Positions 1 to 13,209 of a stretch of 64,000 bases of DNA are shown here, piece after piece. Made by a program: the position numbers and the translations under genes. The stretch is from the NCBI RefSeq assembly GCF_006345805.1, contig NC_042997.1, positions 139,500,001 to 139,564,000 on the forward strand. Reading direction: 5' to 3'. Below the pieces are notes generated by a model. The model was not told where the DNA came from, made no database searches, and saw only the letters and a list, made by a program, of their open reading frames with translations. Each line of letters opens with the position of its first letter. Position 1 is the stretch's first letter. Source of the DNA: Octopus sinensis. Lineage: Eukaryota.

Positions 1-147
1 CCACACGGAGCCCATAGCGATAATCATTATCGCTATGGGCTCCGTGTGGGCAGTCATCTAAAAGCGATAATCATTATCGCTATGGGCTCCGTGTGGGCAG
101 TCATCTAAAAGTTTTTGTTCATCTTGATGCTGACATAAGTTCCTTGT

Positions 148-230
148 TTTTCCTGATGAGAAGGCGGCATAATGCACCCATTATTCCTTCGAAATTAGGA
201 ATATGCAGCCTTCGAAACATATGTCGAGAA
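148..230 (+). ncRNA. Minimal type-I hammerhead ribozyme motif (Penelope/retrozyme type)
   Basis: TTTTC stem I, CTGATGA 153-159, GAAGGC/GCCTTC stem II, GAAA 214-217, palindromic ACATATGT stem III, GTC 223-225, GAGAA stem I'. Confidence 0.8.
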
Positions 231-284
231 TAAAGGAATTTTGTTAAATCGTCGTTCAACTCCATTCTTTCATTTATATATATA

Positions 285-664
285 CTAGCAGTATCGCCCG
301 GCGTTGCTCGGGTTTGTAAGGGAAATAACTATACAGCATTTTTAGAGAGTTATAGCCAAAAAATAGCAAAAAAATGCATTAAAAATGGTAATTTTTTTTT
401 AAATCGTTGACTCATCGTAGACATTTTTAGAGAGTTACTTCCCTTAAAAAAAATATGCATGAAAATGGAAAAAAATGATGGTAAATTATTTTTTAACATC
501 GTAGACTCATCGTAGACGCGCGCTAATACCCAGAAGGGCTCGATATGAATCACGACTATAAGATACCCGGTTTTGGTTAAACTGCACCGCAAAATGTGGG
601 AGTAGTTAGGAATCTAAATCGAAGGGGACAGACACTCACACAACTACAGTTTTATATATAAAGA
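285..664 (-). mobile_element. Non-autonomous Helitron, copy 1
   Basis: Minus strand reads A|TC...CCCGAGCAACGCCGGG hairpin...CTAG|T; no TSD; near-identical copy at 55144. Confidence 0.8.
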
Positions 665-751
665 TATATATATATATATGAGTGTGTTTATACTGACATA
701 TATGTGTGTGTGTGCATGTGCATGTGTGTATGTTTATATATATATATATAA

Positions 752-784
<33 letters not shown>

Positions 785-919
785 TACACACACACATACA
801 TTTTTCGCATTTCATTTGTTTCAGTTATTTAACTGCAACTATGTTGGAGGACTGCCTTTGCGAGAGGAAGGCATGTGAGGTAATTGTGCGCGCACACATG
901 TATGTATGTATTATGTATG

Positions 920-1310
920 TGGAGTGGAAGCACTCCGTCGGTTACGACGATGAGGGTTCCGGTTGATCCGAATCAACGGAACAGCCTGCTCGTGAAATTA
1001 ACGTGTAAGTGGCTGAGCACTCCACAGACACGTGCACCCTTAACGTAGTTCTCGGGGATATTCAGCGTGACACAGAGAGTGACAAGGCCGGCCCCTTGAA
1101 ATACAGGTACAACAAAAACAGGAAGTAAGAGTGAGAGAACGTTGTGGTGAAAGAGTACAGCAGGGATCACCACCAACCCCTGCCGGAGCCTCGTGGAGCT
1201 TTTAGGTGTTTTCGCTCAATAAACACTCACAACGCCCGGTCTGGGAATCGAAACCGCGATCCTATGACCGCGAGTCCGCTGCCCTAACCACTGGGCCATT
1301 GCGCCTCCAC
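920..1310 (-). mobile_element. tRNA-headed SINE (head type A, core 'gtacctgtatttc...gagtgctcagccactt')
   Basis: A-box (TGGCCCAGTGG) and B-box-like (GTTTCGATTCC) head, conserved body, TATG-repeat flank. Confidence 0.8.
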
Positions 1311-1429
1311 ATTATGTATGTATTATGTACGTGCGTACGTACGTATGTATGTATGTATGTATGTATGTATGTATGTATGTATGTATGTATGTATGTATGT
1401 ATGTGTTTCTTTAAGATAGATTCTTTTTC

Positions 1430-3050
1430 ACCTTTGCAGATTTCAAGGCTCATTAGACTTTCCGGGCGGATTCCCAAGCGTGACCAACTAAGACTGTGGA
1501 TATTATCCAACCATCCAGTTCTTGTTTTACCCTTAGATCTCCTGTCAGTTAGCTTTGCTAGAAGTATCTGTTAGCGAATCTTTCCTACAACATTCAGATC
1601 ACATGTCTGCAGTACCAGAGCTGTGATCTCTCAATGAGGTGAAGTAACGGCTCTACCTGGAGAGACTTCCTTATCTCCGAACTACACGTCCTGTTGAGTA
1701 AAGTTACACCAGAGCTCTTTTGAGGAACCCCATTTCGGTAGCTTGTATTTGCGATTGTAGTTTTTCCGCCATTTCCCAACATTCATGAGTATAGATATTT
1801 ATGAGGATAGGCTTGGAAACTGAATTGAAGATAACGCGTTAGGCTTTTTTTTTTTTCGCCTGCCTCTTCTTTCCTGGGGATCGAATGCTATCAATTGCGC
1901 GTTATTGTGCCACAATCTGCAACTCTAGCATCCAATTCCACCATATGTTCCCCCACTCACTCGTGAATACGGCTCGTTGCACTTAAACTTCTCCACTTGC
2001 CTCGATGATGTTCCAGTAACATACAGAGTACAGTGGGAAACCTTTCTTGAGAAGACCAATGCCTAGTCTTCGTGATATTAATTCTCATTCCTGCCTTGTA
2101 GCATTCGGTAGCAAACCCATTCAGTGCATACTGGAGATGACCTTCTGATGAACCAAATAGCGCCATGTCAAAAGCTTATATCAGCTAACTGATCCTACAC
2201 CCACTGATTGTGATACGACTTCCACAATAACTGTGCATGTCAGTCCAGTTCATACAAATTATGAAAAGGAGAGGTGACAATACACAACCTTGCCGAAGGC
2301 CAACACTCACGTTGAAAGATTTCGACTTAGCACCATAGCCCAATCTCAAACATATAGGCACACGTATTGGTACTTCAATACAATCAGAAGATGCACGTTT
2401 ATCTCAAATTCCGGTAAAACCTTCCACAGCATGTCCCACGACCCGTGGTCATATACCTTTTCGAAGTCTACAAAGCAAGCGTACAGCTCTTAGCGTATAC
2501 TTTGCTGAAGCGGCTCAAAAAAGGATATTCCTCTATAATTAAGGCGCTCTTACTTGCCTCCCTTTTCAAAAACTAGGTTTGACACTCCAGATTGCCGTTG
2601 CTTTGGTGTCTTTCAAGAGGTCCAAGCCACGTGACATACACGAGCCAACCAGGAAATACCCTCTCTATTTAAGGCTTTTAACATCCCAGGCCAAATTTCA
2701 TCCTCTTCTGCAACCTTTCCAAATTTGAGTGCTTTAACGGTCCTTATGACTTCAGCCTCTGAAAGGTTAGTCTTGGTCCCTGGATATACCTCGTATCCGC
2801 TAGAAGAACTTTATTGTGACCGGATATGGAAGATCAGCAAAGTATTTTCTCCACCTCCTAAGAGTGCTCTTCTCTGAAGAGGAAAGAACCCCGACCGACT
2901 TCTTTACAGAAAGTATGAAAGTCAACATCTTGTTACAAAGTTAGCGGATAGTCTGCTGGAATATTTGGCACTGGTCACCAGACGAGGAAAGGAGTGTTTG
3001 GTAGGAACGGTGATCCCGAACTCAAGCAAATGGAGAGGTGTCACTAAACT
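1430..3050 (-). mobile_element. RTE-clade LINE (Rex3/Expander-like) RT, decayed and 5'-truncated
   Basis: Frameshifted motifs YACFVDFEKVYD, QYALNGFATECYKAGMRIN, RSSEIRKSLQVEPLLHLIERSQL, SWSRLGIRPE. Confidence 0.85.
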
Positions 3051-3303
3051 TCTGTGCTGGAAATGGATTGTCTATTATGAACACCTTCACTAAAGCGACA
3101 GAGGGCGCTATTCAGCACCATTATTGCTAGAAATAAGAGTCTATGGGTTGTTTTGACTCTTATTTCTAGTAATACTGGTGCTGAATAGCGCACTCTGTCA
3201 CTTTAGATGTGTGTGTGGGTGCGTGTGGGTGGGTGGGTGTGTGTGTAACCACACCCGTGGTGTTCGTGGACTTTTTCCTTCTCTGGACTTTTCCTTTCTC
3301 CTC

Positions 3304-3337
3304 TTTCTGACGAAGTGTTATGCTCGAAACGCTAAAA
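3304..3337 (+). ncRNA. Degenerate hammerhead-like motif (same family as 23313)
   Basis: TTT-CTGACGA-A-GTGT-TAT-GCTC-GAAA-CGCT-AAAA. Confidence 0.4.
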
Positions 3338-3484
3338 ACCCATTCCTTTTTCCACCTTTACTGAGCGCCAAGCTACTACATTCCATATGTACATCCTCTT
3401 GTTATATTGTCACGATTGTTAATGACTGTTCAACTTTTAATGTTCGGTTTGGCTATATATATATATATAATATATATATATATA

Positions 3485-3957
3485 CAGGGTGCGATGGGTA
3501 AATTATCGCCATTTTATTTTATATTTTTTATTTCGCGCATGCGCATGTTTGTTTTTAATTTTGTCGACTACACAGTATAGTAGGATCAGTTGGGCACTGT
3601 CTGTGAGAAAAACAGCGCCATGACGCAATTAGCTGTGACAGAAATTTGGAAATGACATGCTGTACTGCTTGGCATTTGTGCCATCATGGTGTTTGGAGTG
3701 ATCACTAGTGATGGCGACGTTGTGTCTCCATTCATCTTCCCACACAGTGCCTGGAGGTAGTAGTGCTGTCCTGAGTAAAAAGAGTGGTTGCTGGAAGACC
3801 CTATGTCTGGCAACAGGACTCTGCACCATTCCACACAAGCAGGAGAACCCAGTCATGGTTGTCAGTCAATTTCTGTGACCACATGACCCCTAACATCTGG
3901 CCACCAAACTCCCAAGATTGCACCACCCCTTATTATGTGAGGGGCGCAGTTGAGCGT
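3485..3957 (+). mobile_element. Internally deleted Tc1/mariner, maT (DD37D)-like
   Basis: TA|CAGGGTG start; IMVFGVITSDGD and WQQDSAPFHTS...WPPNS transposase motifs. Confidence 0.8.
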
Positions 3958-4058
3958 GTATCTTTGTATGTATATAGGTGTGTGTCTGTGTGTATATTTA
4001 CATATGCAAACATACATACATCTACATGCATTAAAACACACGAACATACACATAAGTA

Positions 4059-4148
<90 letters not shown>

Positions 4149-4397
4149 ATAACACACGGATTTTTTAGAAATTTCTATCGGTTTGTTTCGAGACACATAA
4201 ATTATAATGGTTATTGACAATTTTGTCTTTTTTTCGGCATATTTGGCATTAGAATTTTTCTTTTGCTCTTATTTTGTAAATTATATATAAATTTAACCTT
4301 TAAAGGTATTTTTTTATATGCTGGCCATTGATAAAAAAATTTTCCCGAAAGAAATTTTATCCTACATTAGTTATATATATGTGTGTGTGTATATATA

Positions 4398-4467
<70 letters not shown>

Positions 4468-4473
4468 ATATAT

Positions 4474-4524
<51 letters not shown>

Positions 4525-5004
4525 ATTATATATATGCGTGTGTACCTGTATGTATGTATGTGTATTATCTATTGAATACTTTTGTTTTTGTTGCTGCTGC
4601 TGTCTTCTCAGTTGTAAAGATGAATGTATGAAGCTTAAGTTTCCCATACGATATAACAATTATGTCTCATTCAGCTCTCACATTCAGTTGATATTTTTAG
4701 GAACAATGACAGCAGTAAAGCGATAACAAACAAAACAAATAGAATGAAACGAAGTTTAAAATACAACGCATAAGAAAATATTTAGGATAACTAGGCAGAT
4801 AATGCTTTAGGCGCATACGTGACCGTATGACAAGATGTTTGCTTTCCACCCGCTTGGTTCTGGGTTTAGTTCCACTGCGTAGCACCTTGGGCAGATGTCT
4901 TCTACTATAGCCCCGGACCTTGTGAGTAGATCTGGTAGACGGAAAGTAAAAGAAGCTCGTCACGAATATGTATACATGTGTGTGTATGTGTGTGTGTGTG
5001 TATG

Positions 5005-5035
<31 letters not shown>

Positions 5036-5679
5036 GTGTGTGTGTGTGTGGTGTTTGTCTCAAAATATTGCTTGACAACCGGTTTTGGTTTGTTTATCTA
5101 TCAGTTCGGCAAAAGAGGTCGATATAATGAGTACCAGACTTTAAAAAAGAAGCACTGAGCTCGATCTGTTCGCCCAAAACTCTTCCAGGCAGTGATCAAG
5201 CATGGCCATAGTTCATGACCGAAGCCAGTAAATAGTGAAAGATAGGAGCAGGGGTTTGTTATCCAGCAACGTAGCTTGAAGGGCGAGTGAGCGACCGCCC
5301 CGAGCGACACTTTTATGGGGGGGGGGGGTGACACTTTTGGGCCTTACTGTGTAATTATGTATATATTTGATCAACAAAAAACAACCGCCAAAGTGGTACT
5401 CCAGCGAGGCCGTTGACCAGTGACTGAAACAAATAAGTATAATATAATAAATGCTGGTTTGAAGGGAAATTTCTCAAGTCTTCTTTGTTTTCTTCGCTTA
5501 CTTGCTCTTAAATATGCTATTTAACTAAACAAAGACACTACTTCCAGATGTTCACGCATCCAAATTAACACAGGCATAATATATTCAAAGATATTCACAC
5601 GCGCGCGCGCGCGCAAACACATACACACACACATACACACACACCCGCTCACACACATACATGCGTATACAGATATACA

Positions 5680-5981
5680 TTGTTTGTTCCTTCTCGAGCC
5701 ACGCCTGGCTCATAAGGGCTGGTTTCCCGGTTTCCTTGGCGTATAGGTTCCACCTGGATGGGACGCCGGTCCGTCGCAAGTGAGCTGCAAGATGCAGGAG
5801 GAAAGAGTGAGAGAAATTTGTGGCGAAAGAGTCAGCAGAAGTTCCCCATTACCTTCTGCCTGAGCCGCGTGGAGTTTAAGTGTTTCGCTCATAAACACAC
5901 ACATCGCCCGGTCTGAGATTCGAACCCGCAATCCTTCGACCGTGAGCCCGCTGCTCTAACCACTAGGCCATGTGCCTCCAC
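5680..5981 (-). mobile_element. tRNA-headed SINE (head type A, V-domain-like core)
   Basis: Head homologous to 920-1310; core 'cttgcgacggaccggcgtcccatccagg' resembles the V-SINE domain as recalled. Confidence 0.75.
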
Positions 5982-6504
5982 TATACAGATGTACATGTCA
6001 TATTCGTGTGCACATTCTTGAATAATCACATTATCTAGTAAGTTATTTGAATATGCATGTATGTTTCTTTCAATTTTAAAATTATTTGAGACCTCATAAT
6101 GAAGGAGTTTGTTTTTAACAAAGATACAAAGCTCCATCGCTGGAATGTGGACACCAAAGGCAAATTCACATTTTAAACTTGAGAAAAATCTTTATTTTTA
6201 TTGTTCCACGTATAGATTGTATTTGTAATGTATGAATTAGGTGATTGACTTATCTTTCTGAAATCTCTTTCTTATCCAGATTGTCATTCATGCATTTACA
6301 CGTATGTGTAGGTGAAATACATATCAGAGATGTTTTGCCTCGCGTAAAAACTAGAAGAGTTTCTCAGCGGTATTGCAAGCTCTTGTAATTTTTACGCGTG
6401 GCAAAACATCTCTGAAATTACAATGGATTCTGAATTACAATGGATTTAGAAGAGCTTCTCAGAGGCATTGCAAGCTCTTCTTCTAAATCCATTGTAATTT
6501 CAGA

Positions 6505-9470
6505 AGCCCTTCAATATCATCCACAGGTATCTCAGGGTCACAAGTGTTTCACTCCTTAGCCTGTGCGAGTGAGATCTTCAGCTCTCACTGACCAGGATTC
6601 TCACTCATAGAGAGGGATGATCCGGATGAGCACTTGGGAAATACGCACTTTCGTGAGAACTCTGATCTCTGGTCGCGACCAAAGACGGCTCTGAAGGCGA
6701 CAGAACGCGGCACGAACGCTGGTGACGCTTAGGTCAATTTCATCCTTTCCCTGTCCTGTTGCCGTAAATATCGATCCGAGGTATTTGAAGCGGTCGGCTT
6801 CTTCGAGAGCTTCACCATTGAGAACCATCGGTACCTTTTCCGAGGATGGAATCTCTGTTGTGCAAATTTTGGTTTTGAAAATTTATCTTCATGCCGATCT
6901 TCAGAACCCAGGAGTTGGTATTGTTGATAGCAATTTGGAGGTAAAGGTAGTTGTCTCCCAGGATCGCTATATTGTCTACGTAGTCAAGGTCACTGAGGAC
7001 AAAGTTCGATCCCACCATAACACCAGGAAACCCTGCCAGTGCATGTTTCGTGATCCAGTCGATGGCGTAGTTGAACAGAGTTAGAGATAACGAACAACTA
7101 TGCCGGACACCGAAGTGGAGATCGAAAAACGGTGCTTCTTAAACCGGCTCTTTGTTCGTGTTGTATGGTAGTAGGCTTTTAACAGGTTCAGAAGTTTTGG
7201 TGGGAAACAAGCTGCAACCATTACTTCTCACAACGCACCTCGGTCAACCGGGTCAAATGCGGCTGCAAAATCGACGAAACAGATGACGGTCGATTGTTGA
7301 TAACACCAACGGTGCTCCAGGATTCTCGGCGAAAAGATCTGATCCGTACAGCCACCGCCAGGGAGAAAGCCGGATTGGTTAGGACGGGTACTTTGGTCTC
7401 GCTCAAGCTGGAATCTGCGTACAGGACTGAGTAAATATTTTGGCCGCGATGTCAATTAAGCTAATACTTCTGCAGTTTACGCAGCAGCATCTGTCCTCTT
7501 TCTTGAAGAATGGCAGAAGAACCGCATCTCTCCAATCATGAGAAATGATTCAGAGTCCCAGATGTGCATGATAATTTGGTGCAACCATAGAGTGAGGACT
7601 TTCAGGAACTTCTTCAAGATCTCCGCTGGGACACTATCTTCGCCAGCGGCCTTATTGTTTTTCAAGCCTGCAATCACAGCACGCAATTCCTCAATGGTGG
7701 GTGCTTCCATTTGCAACCACACAGTGTCGCTGAGGACTGATCAGTTAGCAGCCCAAAGGAAGGTAGTGTCGTGGTTGAACAAAACAGAAAAATGCTCGCA
7801 CCAATGATCAAGTCGACTGTTAAAATCTGAGATCACTTCACCTTGTCTGTTGAGGATCGTTTAGCTGGTCGGCGAATGGGGTTTAATGACGGAATTGAGC
7901 AGCTGATAGAGCTTTCTTGAATCGCCAACCGAAGCAGCTCGCTCCATGTCCGTAGCAATCAAGCGCCAGAAAGAATTCCAGTTCTCCCGCGTGGAGCGAG
8001 CAGTCAGCCTTCTGTGGCGACGGTAATCGTCAAAGTCATTGTTGCGAGCTTGTTTGGTTTTCCCCGCCATTTCTGTTGTAGAACTCACGATCCAGTCTTT
8101 ATGCTGATGTTTGATGATGCCAAGATGTTTCTTAGCAGCCTCCTTGACGTTCAGCTTGATTGATTGCCACATGCTCTCTATTGGTACTACGGCATTGCAT
8201 AGGATTTCTAGCTCGTCAAATCGGATCTGCAAGTCAACAAGGAAGATATTAACAGTGTTTTGACACTTCAGCTTGGAAATGCTGCACCTGAACGATCGAT
8301 CCAATGACTTGTTGGCTTTCAGGCGAATCCTATATGTTACACGTACAAAGATATGGTCAGAGCCGTTTTCATTTCTGGTTTCAACACCGCGATATGAATG
8401 ACAGTCGAGAACGATGCTAGCCCAACGCGACTTGATTAGGGCGTAGTCTATCTAGTTTACCGTTATACCGTCTTCATTTGAGTGCCAGTTAACCAAATGG
8501 ATGTTGGAAGTACGTATTCATAACAGCCAGACATTCGCACAGCGATTTCCTACCATAAACGGGTCAAGAATGCCATGAGAGCTCTGATCACACTTACCTG
8601 TACGGGCATTCCAATCACCTGCGACTAGTAAGTTGCACGAAGGAGTACGGTCAACAACCACATGGAAACTGCCTATAAGTCATCTTTTGTCTGATCATCA
8701 GCGTCCAAGGTGGGCGCATACACTTCCAACACGATGATATTGTAGGTCGAGCCTTTGAAGCGAATGCGAGCAAGGCGTGGAGAGATCGGCTCCCAAGCTA
8801 TGAGAGCTCTGTTGGCTCAGTTACTGAGGACAAATGCCACACCGCGGCGACCAAAACAGTCATTCACTCTACTATGTTATAGATGACAACTGGTTGTAGA
8901 CTAAAGGACTTCGAATACCCTGTTGCTGCTATCAAGAAGCCGTACTTCTGATAGGCATGCAATGTCTACGTTGTACACATATAGAGTTCTCATCGTCAGC
9001 GTTTGGGTTTCGATAGAAGCCAATGTCCAAACTTTCCAGTCAGTACAGTAATGCCTCTGCCTGCGGTCCAAAAATCCAGCTTGTACATTTGTCAAATGCC
9101 CCTCTGGGAGAGCAAGTGCGTCGGAGAGCGCGGGCACCGGAGCCGTTACCGTCATTCGCTGTTCAGGTGTAGAGTTCATGTTCGTAGTTTCACTGGGTAT
9201 ATAAATTCATATGAGGTCGCCGTTCACTTTGAAATAGTATGATCCGTACTAGCTCATCTTGCTGTCGATTGTCGACCGTCGCAGAGGATTCGCTGACCAA
9301 GTCACCGCCGACTATCGAATCAAACGTAGTCTGGGTTTGAAGCAGGTTCTAGAGACATGCTTTAACAAATGCTAAGGGGTGCCGCCTCACTCTCAGTGGT
9401 CTTCCAGCACGCCGGGCACCAAACTGGAATTTCTGAGGACCCATGCTATTGTTATATAGTCTTTAAACCT
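6505..9470 (-). mobile_element. Near full-length decayed RTE-clade LINE (APE + RT; SR2/SR3/Perere-3-like)
   Basis: APE motifs (DIACLSEVRL, VYAPT, AGDWNARTG); KNNKAAGEDSVPAE, RPNQSGF, FVDFAAAFD, DLDYVDNIA, FKYLGS; many stops; 3' end missing. Confidence 0.9.
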
Positions 9471-9789
9471 ACACTAGGTTCATCCGTCATTTTGTCAGGT
9501 CACTTGTGAGGTCTCTCGTGAGTTCTCCTGGTAACATGGAATCCAGTACAACCTGTTGCATGATCGGGTCATCGGTGACCAAACCGGTACCCCCATTAGG
9601 CTTGCTTGATGAAGAGGGTTGCTAGAAACCCAGTAGGACTAAAAACAAGGCCTGTCAAAAGGAGAAAGTCGATCTTGATATACGATAATTCATATTGAGT
9701 AAAAAAGAAAGCGATCCACTGTGCGATTAATTTATGGGCAGCTACGACAAGCAGAACTGATCGGATTATTTATCCTGGATAGTCAAAGG

Positions 9790-10860
9790 AAGAGCCTCAT
9801 AGGAAAATCCTCATAGTTGGTCTCTATGTAGGGATGATGGTCTGGCAACTTTAAGCCATTTGAACGGCCGTGCCATGGACAAATTCAGGAAAGTGCTGAT
9901 AAATATCTTCAAAGAATTCGGCCTAACTATAACGGTTACAACCAATTTCACAAAGGTTAGCTTCCAGGACGTACTTCTAGACGAGCGAGAACTACTCTTG
10001 CAGAAAATCCGATGAGAAAACTGTTTACATTCATAAACACTCCAACCAACCATTTACTCCATCCGGCTAAGTAGTATAGCCAGATAAAATTAGTCTAGTC
10101 AAAGACATCAGGAGAAGAAACCTTAATCTATCAGCGAGCAAAGAGATCTTCTACAGGGTTGCACCCCACAATAAATAGGCATTAACGAGGAGCGACATTA
10201 CCGATAAGTTAGTTTATATGGAGGACCCCTCTACTCCCAAATCCAAAGTGAGTCAGAAAAAGAAAAATAATTTAGTTCAATCTTCTATGCAATTTAGAAG
10301 TTTCCACTTATAAAGCGAGGAGCTTCTTAACGCTAATTAAAAAGCATTTCCCAAGAATCCATAGATATTTTAAACTCTTCAATCCCCGAAATGCCAAAGT
10401 CAGCTACTTCTGTTTAGACAGCATTGGTTCAAACATTTTACACTACAATAGGCACAAACGCACACTTATGCAGTCTCCAGCACACACACCAACCTGTAAC
10501 CTCCGAAATCGTACCAACTACCCACGGGGAGGATCCTTTCTCTCAAAGGCTATTGTTTATAGAGCTATCCTCACATCATCCGATGGCATCTACATGGGCA
10601 TGACAACCAATAACTTTAAGAAAAGGTATATACAACACATGTACTTTTTCAAGTGCGGGGATAAAGAAAATATATCTTGTTTCATTTCATCTAGAGACAT
10701 CGTTACTATCAAAATTACTTCCCCAATATCAAATGGGATAGCCTTGACAGGTCCCCTCTTTATTCACCTGAATATCGGTTCTTTCGGCTATTGAGAATAT
10801 TTTCATGATACAGCCTCTTATCATGAAGCCTCGAGTAGAAGCGGATACGTGGCGGGAAGT
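9790..10860 (+). mobile_element. Penelope-like element fragment (RT C-terminus + GIY-YIG; Neptune-like linker)
   Basis: GLYRDDGL; decayed Cys linker CNLRNRTNYPRGG; AIVYRA...GIYMGMTTNNFKKRY. Confidence 0.85.
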
Positions 10861-10907
10861 AAGATTATATATATATATTTTTGTTTTTGTTTTGTTTTTG
10901 TTTTTCC

Positions 10908-11383
<476 letters not shown>

Positions 11384-12369
11384 CATTAAACTGAAGCATA
11401 CAATCAATGAGGACCACATTCCTACGAATATATCTAAGTATAGAAGTGTAGGCATAAAAATCTAAATGAAAGCAGCGTATGATTAACAAAAACAAAATAA
11501 TAAATCTCAATAATAGTATTAAAACTTGAGGCAAACCGAATAATTTAATATTCAGAACTACAATGTTTAATCTATTATTAGGTGGAAATACGGATGATTA
11601 CTCATATGAACCTATTAATGATCCGTTAGAAAGTAAGCATGATATAATGGCTGAATGAGTTCAGATATAAATAGAAATATTATTCCTATGTATGAAGGTA
11701 AAAATGAGTAAGGTATCAAGGACCCCAGATAATAATATTAATTTTAGTCCTGAAAATGTACGTGTAGAAAATAATAGTATCACTGTTAACAGATGTAGAA
11801 TCAAAACCTTGAATAAACATAGCCATATAGTAAACAATAAATATATGTAAACACTTAAGAGGCGTTCATATAAAGCAACTAGAGGATCCCAATTCTGATC
11901 TCTGTATTCTGTGATTTGCTGTCAATAAGCAAATACTATAGGGCTTAGTGCATTCAATTGCTCGAGGTTCTATATTGTTGCTAAGACGGCCCTGACCACG
12001 ACACAAATACCACCAGATCTTTGATGCTTATATCATGAAAGTTTCCTTCTCTACGACCCCCAAACTTTACTGCCATAGTGACAACATCTAGTAGTAGTAA
12101 ACTTAGTATGTGCATAATATTAGTAAGAAAACAGTAAATAATAGATGAAGCACGCACCCACATTTTTGTATGTGGCGTCTTATGACTAATGGAATGAGTT
12201 TAGTGAAAATGTATCCATAGTTAAAAAAAAAACTTAAATAGTGAGAGTAGTAATAACTCGGTCAATGATTTTCTAATAATAAAACTAATTCTGACAATGA
12301 AGAAAATATTTCTCCTTTTGGCCTAAACGTATCAAAATCAACATAATTACGGTAGTATTTATCGATGTA

Positions 12370-12760
12370 ATAGTAGAGTAAGTGATAATAACTGTCTACA
12401 GAATAACACCGTATACAACTGTACTGTGAGAGCCTATAATGGATACAAGTTTTATATAGGATCTACAGTAAATTTTTTAAGAAACGCTTTTTGTGCACAC
12501 TGTCACTCATTTTCAATCCTTAATTTAGACAATCCACTTTTCTAACAAAGTACATATTTAACTTAAAATCTAAATACATAGATTTTAATATGCAATCAGT
12601 ACTATAAATTCAACCAAAGTATACCAAGGAATGAGATAGGATTTTGCCTATGTACACGTGAAATACTTGTACACGTGAGATTCTAATGGCGGATGAGAAC
12701 TCGTTAAACAAGAAGAATGAAGTTATACGAGCTGGTATCAACAGGTTCCCAGACTATTTA
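12370..12760 (+). mobile_element. Penelope-like GIY-YIG endonuclease fragment
   Basis: CLQNNTVYNCTVRAYNGYKFYIGSTVNF.KR ... EILMADENSLNKKNEV. Confidence 0.7.
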
Positions 12761-12889
12761 TGTTTAATAAAAAAAAACTCGAAATTTCAGTCCATCTCCA
12801 ACATCTCCAAGCATCTGTTAAATCAAATAGGAATTGAGGATGCACATGTCAACAATATACAAGAAAATTTTTTTTTTATCACTTCATTT

Positions 12890-13060
12890 TAAGACCTATT
12901 TGTGTCGTCGCCAGCTGATCTGGCACCCTTCCCTTCATTGTACGAAACAACCACACTCGGTTTCATTGTCGCATTATCGTCCGCATCTAGTTTTGTAGAA
13001 TCCTTCATGCTTGCCGAATGCATTGTGGAAAACCTGAAAAGACGTTTTTTTTTTTTTTTT
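12890..13060 (-). mobile_element. piggyBac transposase fragment
   Basis: KKK..FSTMHS...KPSVVVSYNEGKG motif. Confidence 0.6.
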
Positions 13061-13209
13061 TGCCCCGCCACACTAGAGCAAGAATGCTACTATCGGTGCA
13101 TCGGTACGTCGTTTCCGCTTCCGTTGTCGTTTCCTTCGGATATTATTGGAAAGTACCCACTTTTCATCGCTGATTATTATTCTAACCCCCCCCCCCCAAA
13201 AAAAAATGG

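Noticed and set aside
1230-1310. tRNA genes (also near 5900-5981, 17640-17710, 63697-63790)
   Set aside because: A/B boxes are present, but there is no complete cloverleaf and each continues into a multi-copy SINE body.
9470-9670. HDV-like ribozyme at the RTE 5' end
   Set aside because: RTE elements can carry them, but I could not build the P1/P1.1/P2/P3 pseudoknot by eye, and the segment may belong to another element. It needs a descriptor search.
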